Below, piece after piece: positions 35,839 through 44,100 of a stretch of DNA of 64,000 bases. Source of the DNA: an uncultured Prevotella sp. GTDB taxonomy: Bacteria > Bacteroidota > Bacteroidia > Bacteroidales > Bacteroidaceae. The position numbers and the translations under genes are program-made. Positions within the stretch are counted from its first letter, which is position 1, and each line of letters opens with the position of its first letter. The stretch spans positions 20,800-84,799 of the forward strand of contig NZ_CAMJOS010000016.1 in NCBI RefSeq assembly GCF_946407605.1, given 5' to 3'. The notes below the pieces were generated by a model. The model saw only the letters and a list, made by a program, of their open reading frames with translations, was not told the DNA's origin and searched no databases.

Positions 35839-35922
35839 AACCTAAAATGTGGTTAGCCACAAAGCCTAAAGCGAATTTTTATACAATTTATTAACAATAA
35901 TATTAACTTAAAGCGATTAGTT

Positions 35923-38900
35923 ATGAAAGTATTTACAAAGTACCTATTGACCTTGCTGTTGCTAGGCATCGCAAGCGTTGTAAATGCTCAAGAATCGGAG
36001 GCGTTATTAGCTGATGGTACCTATTACATTAAGAATGTTGCATCTGGCAACTTCTTTACTGGTGCAAACAATTGGGGTACTCAGGCTTCAGTAGCTCCTT
36101 CTGGTGCTCCCTTCGAAGTAACATTGTTGCCCGAGGGTGGTTATTCTTTGAAGTATTTGCTCTCTACTGTAGACAACACGCACCTGGGTTCTAACCTCTA
36201 TGTTGACTCACAAACACCTGATGGTGGTTTTGCTATCGAGAAGAATGAGGATGATACCTTCGTTATCAAGCTCGATGGCAAGTATCTAGCTGAGGGTACG
36301 GAAACAGGTCCCACCAACGATGCAATTGTTGTTCAGACTGAAGAACTGACTGCTGCTGCCAAGTGGCAGTTCATAACTATTGATGAGGCTGTTGCTGCTA
36401 TGAAGCAAACGGCTCCTGCTAATGCAACGTTCTTGATTAGCAATCCGAACTTCAACCGCAACACCAGCACCGCAGCTTGGACTGTAAGTGCTGATTGCAC
36501 CAACAGGAACTTGGGCGGTGGTGGCACTGGCAACTTCTGTGCTGAGTCATACCATTCAACATTTACCATTTCTCAGGTTCTTGCCAACGCTCCTGCTGGT
36601 AGATATATGATGACTGCTCAGGGCTTCTATCGTCAGGATGATGATCTCAACGAGGATGCACCTGTATTTTTTGCCAATGACAAGTCTGTTGCTATTCCTG
36701 TCAAGACTGGTTCTGAGAATTCCATGACTGATGCTTCTAATTCATTCACAGCAGGAGCATACACCATTGAGCCTTTCGAGTTCACCGTATTCGAGGATGG
36801 TCAGTTGACCATTGGCGTAAAGGGAACGTCAACAAGTCAGTGGGTCATTTGGGATAACTTCCAGTTGACTTATCTGTCAAGCGAGGTTCCTGCCGATGAG
36901 TTCGAACCTGCATATCAGAACGCTCTGGCAGCTGCTATTGATGCTCTGGAGAATGAGGATTATTCAGTTGTTGATGGTATTGAAAGGGAAAACCTTGAGA
37001 ATGCAATTAATATATATAGTGAAGTGGAAGGTTCTCAGGCTGCCTATGAGGAAGCCATCAAAGCTTTGGTTGCTGCAACCAATGCCTATGTGGCTGCCGC
37101 TCCTGCTTATCTGGCCTTTGGCGAGGCTCAGGCACAGTTGGCAGCTTGCCAGATCATGTATCCTTATGCTTCTGAAGAGAAGTTGGCCGCTGCTAAGCAG
37201 GTTGGCTTGATTACCATCGAGAATGCTGAGCAGGCCGAGGAGATGGCCGTTCGTCTGTTGATGCTTTGCCGTCAGGTGGCAGAGTCGAGTGCTCTGCTCG
37301 AAGGTGTTGAGGGTTCTCACGTCCTGACAGAACTCATCCAGAATCCTAATGCAGAATACGGAACCGATGGCTGGGAGTTCATCCTTGAAGATGGCACTAG
37401 CGGACGTGTTGATATTCTGAGCAATGAGCCACTTACCGATGGTGATGGCAACTCTGATTATCGTTACTTCGATGGCATTAACTGGAGTTCTGACTATTGG
37501 AATGGAAGTCTCCAGCAGATGATTACACTTCCTGCAGGTAGATATCTGCTCACCGTCAGCGGTCGTGCTTCATCAGATGTGATGATGTCCGTCTTTGCAG
37601 GCGAGGACAATGAAGAGATGATCTTCGGCGAAGGTGCTACTGGTGGTTTGTATGGAAGAGGCTGGAACGATGTTTCTGTAGAATTTGAACTGGACGAGGC
37701 TTCTAATATATATATAGGTGTAAGAGGTGAGGCTTCTACTATCCACCAGTGGATGTCGTTCACTCGCTTCCGCCTGGCTCAGTTTGAGGGTGATGCTGTA
37801 CCTGTTGAAGATGATCCTGAGCTCGAGGCTCCTGAGGGTTGGACCAACTTGATTGCCAATGGTAACTTGGCTGGCGATAACGTAGAGAGCTTCATCTCTA
37901 AGGAGTGGCCTTCTGAGGAAATGGTTGGTGCACGCATTGTTGATGGCGCTGGTTTTAACGGCAGCCGCGGTATCTTGGTAAGCACACCTGACGAGACAGA
38001 CTTTGGAGATGCTCAGAGCTGGGACAGCCAGTTCTGGATTAATCTGAACAAGGCTCTGCCAGCAGGTACTATCCTGCATGTTGAGTTTGACTATGCAGCT
38101 AGCGATTACTCTTGGGCTTCCACTCAGGCTCATGGTGAGCCAAGTGTGTACCAGCATTGGGTTTGCCTCGGTAACGTTGAATTCGCTCAGGAGTGGCAGC
38201 ACTTCTCTACCGACATTGAAGTCAGCGAAGAAATGGCAAAGGGTGGTAACGGTGACGGTATTGGTCTGAAGAGCATTGCCTTCATGCTGAATGAAGATAA
38301 GAATGCTGTTGACTATTACTTCGATAACTTCGGCGTTTGGGCTCAGTTGCCTAATGTTGTTAAAATTCCTTCTGTTGTATTCACCTATCCAGAAGCATCT
38401 TCATTCAATGTTGATGGTGGCACAATGGAGTTCCATGTTAACTTCGATATGCCTGTTGACGCCGAGCAAATCCATGCTACACTCGACAATGAGGAACTCA
38501 CTGTGATTGCTGATGGGTCGATTGTATGGCTGGCCCGTCAGGGTGACGTAGAAGACATGACTGATGGCGAGCACACCATCAAACTGTATAGTATCTATGC
38601 TGAAGGTTGGGAAGACGAGGATGCCTATACAAATTATGAATTCTCATTCGTCGTAGGTCCGATTAATCTTGATCCTGAAGCTAAGGCTGAAGTCATCCTG
38701 GCTGACAATCTGTGGGATGCTACTGAGGAGGGTGGAATTCCTGAAGGTTATCTTGTGAACTTCAATGGTGAGGAACGTAATTCTGAAAGTCAGTATAGTT
38801 CTGGTGCCCGTATGTTCGTCTTTGCAGAAGGTGGTGACTTCACTCATGGTCTCTACTTCCGCGAGGGCTATACCCAGTATGGAGGCTACGAAGACTATCC

Positions 38901-41115
38901 GCTTTACCTCGAGGCAGGCAAGAAGTACACCATTAACTTCAAGTCGGCTATGTGGAAAGATAGCGGAACTACAATGAATTTCCAGATTCTGTCTGCTGAT
39001 GAAGATTATTTGGTATACGAAGAGGTTATTAAGAATAATCCTAACGTGAATGGTAGTAAGGCTGCCGTAACTGATGCTACGAACACTACCATCGCATTCA
39101 CTCCTCAGGAAGATGGTAATTACATACTGCGCTGGGCAGTTGACGGCTTCAACGAGGTGCTGCTGGCTAATCCTACTGTGAAGTATATGACTGATGATGT
39201 CAACGAGAATGTTTTGGCATTCTTCGCTGCACTTGAGAACGCTAAGCAGGTGCGTGATGCCAATGCTGACTTTACAAATAATGGAGAATATGCTAATCTG
39301 GACGATGTCATTAACTGGTATGAGAGTGAGTACAAGTACTTCAATAATTTTGACCAGTTCTTGGAGGCAGCAAAAGATCTTGAGAATGTTGCCTATTATA
39401 TGAAGGAGTATCGCAGACTGTATCAGGAATACTATCCGTTGGCAGAGACTATGCTGGCTCTGCGTCAGCAGTATGCAGACACCAAGTTTACTCAGAGCTA
39501 TATTTATAACTATTATCTTATTAGGTGCATCGATAACTATGCTCCTTATGGTGAAATCCTTGATCAGTACAACCTCGGTAGCCTCTCAAATGCATATTCT
39601 GACATTAAGTATGCTGTGAATATGGTACAGGATATGTTCACAGAAGGTCCTTCGCAAGTCACGATGACTGGTTATGCTGTGCTGAAAGAGCGTGTCCGTC
39701 AGGGTGCTGAGACCATGCGTACGCTGGGTATCGATAATGAAGACCTGCTGTGGGATGCAGAGAATATTCTTGATGAGGAGGAATGGCTGGTCGATGAGAT
39801 GAAGCAGAGCATCAAGAAGGATATCTATAAGAAGCTGAGCAAGGCTGACAACACCCTGTTCGATCCTATTATCGACGAGGCTACGCTTGAAGAGATTACT
39901 CCTGCTTACAACATGAATATCTTTGTAGAGAATCCAAACATCTACAAGTGGGGTTACTCTGATAAGGACTTCAGCGTTCCTGGTTGGTATGTTGAAAATG
40001 CAAATGTATCTACTGGTTGGGTTAACTATGACAGTTGGGAAGTTCCTGCCGACGCTATGTTCTCTAACTGGGGTAATTTCTTCGAAGTAGCTCAGAGTAT
40101 TGGAGACCTGCCTGCAGGCACTTATACCGTGAAGTTCGCAGTTGGTGAGCGTCAGGAAGATACTTACACTGATTCTAAGGCTTATGTATATACCGGAAAT
40201 GAAGAGTATTATGCTGACATCGACTACATTGGTCAGACCTTCCCAGAGTTCAGCGTTAACAATGGTATCGTTACTATCGAGAACGTGGTTGTAACTGATG
40301 GTTGGATGCAGTTTGGTGTCCTGGCAGAGTCTGGTTCTCACCTGTTCTTCAACGAAGTACAACTGCTGCTCACAGCTCCTGCTCCTGGCTACGACTACTA
40401 TGATGAAAGCGAAGTGCTGGTGGGCGACGTGAACCTCGACGGCGAGGTGACCACCTCTGACGCTGTGGCTACCGTTGGTCTCGTACTCGATGATTGGCAG
40501 CCTAGCTACAGACAGTTCCGTGCTGCTGATGTGAACTACTCTTATAACATCACCGTTTCTGACGTGGTGGGCGTTGTGAATATCGCACTCAACGGCTATG
40601 AGTGGTATAGAGCACTGGCCCGCAGTCAGTCGATGGAGCAAGAGATTAACTACCTCACTCAGGACGCTAACAAGATTGGTCTGAACAACACCACCGAGTT
40701 TGTGGCATTCCAGATGGATGTAACGCTGGCTGATGGTGCTATGCTCAACGGCGTGAACCTGAACCAGCGTGCTAATGGTCTGAATATCAGATATAGCCAC
40801 CTGGAGGGTAACACCTACCGTATCATGGCCTTCTCGATGAATATGGCTGCTATCACGGGCAATGAGGGTGAACTCCTCTCGCTCGATATTACTGGCAACC
40901 AGACCGTAACACTCAGCAACATCGAATTCACCGATACTGCTGCACGTGCTTATGCTCTCGGCGTGAACGACGCTACTGGCATCAACGGCATCATGGCTGG
41001 CGACGCCAATGCTGACTACTACACTGTTGACGGTGTGAAGAGCAACAAGATGCGTAAGGGCATGAATGTTGTGAAGACTGCCGACGGCAAGGTACGTAAG
41101 ATGTTCGTGAAGTAA
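35923..41115 (+). CDS. Giant secreted modular protein 1 (1730 aa): lectin-like, CBM-like, dockerin-like and cohesin-like modules
   Basis: Signal peptide (ASVVNA|QE). Beta-trefoil-like module at aa 30-155 (ends KWQF). Three copies of an unassigned module at aa 170-318, 470-620 and 1333-1485. CBM4/9-like region at aa 638-808 and Ig-like region at aa 815-912. Helical spacers, a dockerin-like pair at aa 1498-1557, a cohesin-like module at aa 1575-1680, and a basic C-terminal tail. Confidence 0.85.
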   Translation: MKVFTKYLLTLLLLGIASVVNAQESEALLADGTYYIKNVASGNFFTGANNWGTQASVAPSGAPFEVTLLPEGGYSLKYLLSTVDNTHLGSNLYVDSQTPDGGFAIEKNEDDTFVIKLDGKYLAEGTETGPTNDAIVVQTEELTAAAKWQFITIDEAVAAMKQTAPANATFLISNPNFNRNTSTAAWTVSADCTNRNLGGGGTGNFCAESYHSTFTISQVLANAPAGRYMMTAQGFYRQDDDLNEDAPVFFANDKSVAIPVKTGSENSMTDASNSFTAGAYTIEPFEFTVFEDGQLTIGVKGTSTSQWVIWDNFQLTYLSSEVPADEFEPAYQNALAAAIDALENEDYSVVDGIERENLENAINIYSEVEGSQAAYEEAIKALVAATNAYVAAAPAYLAFGEAQAQLAACQIMYPYASEEKLAAAKQVGLITIENAEQAEEMAVRLLMLCRQVAESSALLEGVEGSHVLTELIQNPNAEYGTDGWEFILEDGTSGRVDILSNEPLTDGDGNSDYRYFDGINWSSDYWNGSLQQMITLPAGRYLLTVSGRASSDVMMSVFAGEDNEEMIFGEGATGGLYGRGWNDVSVEFELDEASNIYIGVRGEASTIHQWMSFTRFRLAQFEGDAVPVEDDPELEAPEGWTNLIANGNLAGDNVESFISKEWPSEEMVGARIVDGAGFNGSRGILVSTPDETDFGDAQSWDSQFWINLNKALPAGTILHVEFDYAASDYSWASTQAHGEPSVYQHWVCLGNVEFAQEWQHFSTDIEVSEEMAKGGNGDGIGLKSIAFMLNEDKNAVDYYFDNFGVWAQLPNVVKIPSVVFTYPEASSFNVDGGTMEFHVNFDMPVDAEQIHATLDNEELTVIADGSIVWLARQGDVEDMTDGEHTIKLYSIYAEGWEDEDAYTNYEFSFVVGPINLDPEAKAEVILADNLWDATEEGGIPEGYLVNFNGEERNSESQYSSGARMFVFAEGGDFTHGLYFREGYTQYGGYEDYPLYLEAGKKYTINFKSAMWKDSGTTMNFQILSADEDYLVYEEVIKNNPNVNGSKAAVTDATNTTIAFTPQEDGNYILRWAVDGFNEVLLANPTVKYMTDDVNENVLAFFAALENAKQVRDANADFTNNGEYANLDDVINWYESEYKYFNNFDQFLEAAKDLENVAYYMKEYRRLYQEYYPLAETMLALRQQYADTKFTQSYIYNYYLIRCIDNYAPYGEILDQYNLGSLSNAYSDIKYAVNMVQDMFTEGPSQVTMTGYAVLKERVRQGAETMRTLGIDNEDLLWDAENILDEEEWLVDEMKQSIKKDIYKKLSKADNTLFDPIIDEATLEEITPAYNMNIFVENPNIYKWGYSDKDFSVPGWYVENANVSTGWVNYDSWEVPADAMFSNWGNFFEVAQSIGDLPAGTYTVKFAVGERQEDTYTDSKAYVYTGNEEYYADIDYIGQTFPEFSVNNGIVTIENVVVTDGWMQFGVLAESGSHLFFNEVQLLLTAPAPGYDYYDESEVLVGDVNLDGEVTTSDAVATVGLVLDDWQPSYRQFRAADVNYSYNITVSDVVGVVNIALNGYEWYRALARSQSMEQEINYLTQDANKIGLNNTTEFVAFQMDVTLADGAMLNGVNLNQRANGLNIRYSHLEGNTYRIMAFSMNMAAITGNEGELLSLDITGNQTVTLSNIEFTDTAARAYALGVNDATGINGIMAGDANADYYTVDGVKSNKMRKGMNVVKTADGKVRKMFVK
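40414..40593 (+). other. Dockerin-like module (two Ca-binding loop/helix repeats) in protein 1
   Basis: GDVNLDGEVTTSDAVATVGLVL and ADVNYSYNITVSDVVGVVNIAL. Both fit the D-x-N-x-(D/S)-x6-D loop followed by a hydrophobic helix, spaced as in type-I dockerins. Confidence 0.65.
40645..40962 (+). other. Cohesin-like beta-sandwich module at the C-terminus of protein 1
   Basis: FVAFQMDVTLADGAMLNGV...TYRIMAFSMNMAAITGNEGELLSLDITG...VTLSNIEFTD aligns by eye with the protein 2 N-terminal module and with the cohesin g.qfdi.yd pattern. Confidence 0.5.
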
Positions 41116-41144
41116 ATTATTGATAATCTAAAAACTTAAACGAT

Positions 41145-44100
41145 ATGAAACACAAAGGTATTTTTAAGAGGTTGTCGCTATTGACCCTCTTGTTGATTGC
41201 CGGCTTCACGAGCGCTATGGCACAGTCGCTCTATATGGAAGGCTTTAAGATCAACGCCGGTGACACCAAGACCGTAACGGTTGCTCTGGCCACTGATGGC
41301 TACGACATCTATGGTCTGCAAACCGATATTGTGCTGAGTAATGGACTATACCTCGATGGCGACCCAGTCGCCGTCGAGGGGGCCATGGCAGACCCTAATC
41401 CCAGCATCAGCTGCAAGTGGATGGACAACAAAACCATCCGTGTGGTGATGTTATCGTTGAATGCCAAGGTCTTTATGCCTGGTAAAACAAACGTCATCCA
41501 GCTTAATGTGGGATGCACAGAGAATTTCGTTGGTGGAACTATTAAGCTGACGAATTCTCGTCTCACCATTAGTAATTATGGTGATGAGGTTTATGTTTCT
41601 AACTTCTCTGCCAAGATTACTACTGATCAAGAGGTTCAGATTCCTGAGGGCGTCTGGGGTGACATTCCTGAGCCACAGGGTCTGGAGTTTGTCGATGAGA
41701 TTAGTTTCGATGGTTCTTGGTATTATCTCTACAACCCCGAAGGCAAAAGATTCTTCGCCAGCGGCAACGAGTGGAGTACTCGTGCCAGCCTGGCCCAGTT
41801 TGGCTATCCCGTTTGGTTCCAAGAGGCTACTGAGCCTGATGCTCCTGAAGGTTCTTACGAGTTCTGGGATGTGGTAGAACACCCTGACCGTTATCTGGGT
41901 GAGAATAATATTTTCACTGACTATGATGGTGGAACATGGGTGGACCATGGTTCACAGGACAACTACTCTTGGTTTGTGATACCTGTTGGCGATGGCTTCT
42001 ATCGTCTGCAGAATGCTTCATTGATTCAGAGAGATGAAAACTATGAGGGCAGATACCTGGGATGGAACGGTACTGGTGATAACCGCCTGTATATGATTTA
42101 TCCAGAGGAAGGTCATGCTGTTGACTGGAGGTTCGTAACCTATGACTCTTATCAGAATTTCATTAGTTCTGAAGAATATTATGAATATTCACAACTTGCA
42201 GAAAATGGCGCTCTTGGTCAAAGGTTGTATGAGCTTTTGGTTGATGCTAAAGAGTTGGACATCAATATTGTTAGGTGGCTGGAGGTTTATATGAATACTG
42301 ATAGCAGCTATGGTGAACTACAGAGTGCTATCAGCGAGATTTCCACCTATATTAGTTATAAGATCCGCCTGAGAGATGCTGTCGAGATGGCTGCTGAAGT
42401 TCGCGTTGATGTTTCTGAGTATCAAGGCGTTTACGATAATCCTGAAGCAGAGTTGGAGGAGATGGAAAATGCCTATTATAATGTGCAGGATGCCATCGAC
42501 GTCATGAATAACTTCTTGAATCTTGTTGAAAAGTCACGCGAAATGCTGACCATGCCTGACTTCCAGGGATTGGATGCGACTCAGGAGCTGGCCGATTATC
42601 TGAATGGCGAACTGGCAAAGTTGCTCGAAGCCACGATGACCCGTGAGGAGATCTATATGGCTACTGAGACAATCAAGAATCTGAGAGAGATCATGATCGA
42701 GGAGTCGAAGGGTGTGGTTTATGATGGTAAGGATGTGACCTACCTGATAGAGAACCCAGGATTCGATGATGATTGGAATATCGACTCTGGTTCTGCAGAA
42801 GGTTGGAATATTGACAACTATTCTGGAAGAACTCTGACTCGTGGTCCTCTCGGACAGAACAATAAGGACCTGATGGAGAATGCCCTTGGCTATATGAACT
42901 ACTGCTTCGAGGCTTGGCACAACTACAACTGGGATGTATGGCAGGAGTTGACTAATCTGCCTGTTGGTATGTACGAGTTGCAGGTTCAGGGTTATGTACG
43001 TTGCGAGGTTCCTGGATATACCCGTGGTGATGATATCAATCCTAACTATCCTTCACCCGTATACCTCTATATGAATAACGCTCTGAGCTCATTCCCAAGT
43101 GTTTATTCTGAGAGCCCTGCCGACTATGGTAAGGAAATGGTTGAGGTTGAGTCTTGGTATCAGGAGGAAGTCAATGGCAACTTCTATCCCAACTCAATGG
43201 GTGCTGCTGCACAGTGCTTTGGCTGGGGTATGTATAAGACCACTGCCTATGGTTTGATAGCAAGAGAAGGTGATATCTTCCGTATTGGTGTGAAGATGAA
43301 CAAGAATCAGGACTGGTGGTGTATCTTTGATAACTTCAAGTTGACATATCGCACCCCGACTGCTGAAATCGTACAGCCAATCCTTGAAACTGAACTGGCT
43401 AAGTTGGATCTTTCTCGTCCTATGGGTAAAGATATCTATGAGTTGATTTCAAATTTGAAGACTACTGCCCAGAATGCTATTGATGCACAGGATGGACAGG
43501 TTATGTTCAATGTCCTGACTCAGGCTTATGACTTGAATGCTGATTATTTGGAGTCGGTAGCTCTGTTTGTAGAACTGCAGCGTGCTGTTGATACCTTCGT
43601 TGAGGCTATTAATAGATCAGAGAATCAGGATGCTATTAATCAGGCAGACGCTCTGGCAGGTGAAATCTATAATGGTATTAATAACCATACCATCTATGAC
43701 AATCAGGTTTATGAGTACATCGATCAGATGAACAACCTGTATACTGCTTTGGCTTTGCCTGCTGACTGGGCAAGTGCTTCTGACAAGAATCCTATCGATC
43801 TGACAGCTGTTATCAAGAATCCGAGTTTCGAGAACGAGTGGGGTGAGAGTACTGACGAGGGTTGGATGAATCCTGGTAATCTGGGTAACGACGACATTCA
43901 GCGTTCTGCTCTTGCTATGGAGTTCTGGGAGACAGATTACAATATGTATCAGGATATCCAGGGACTGCCCGAGGGTACCTACATGATAACTGTTGATGCT
44001 TGGGACCGTGTTGGTTACAATGAAAACAACTACTATTCTTGGCTTGAAGACAATCGCTACACTAATTCTTACCTTTATGGTATGAATGGCGATGGCAAAG

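Noticed and set aside
35172-35922. A possible invertible (phase-variable) promoter, or a degraded IS element, in the long AT-rich region upstream of the giant operon.
   Set aside because: I found no long inverted repeats flanking the candidate promoter, no recombinase gene in the window, no transposase-like ORF and no terminal inverted repeats. Only tiny ORFs such as MDEKNNFFL are present.
39586-40800. A 404-aa ORF on the minus strand, and similar long antisense ORFs at 1021-2148, 3253-4047, 8074-8745, 10712-11278, 13826-14581, 17048-17836, 18229-18951, 19999-20922, 21686-22738, 30370-31095, 45591-46409 and 48478-49332.
   Set aside because: Each lies entirely inside a longer opposite-strand gene that has clear family signatures. 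Their translations are low-complexity (His/Leu/Val/Arg-rich), with no recognisable motifs, promoters or starts. They are shadow ORFs.
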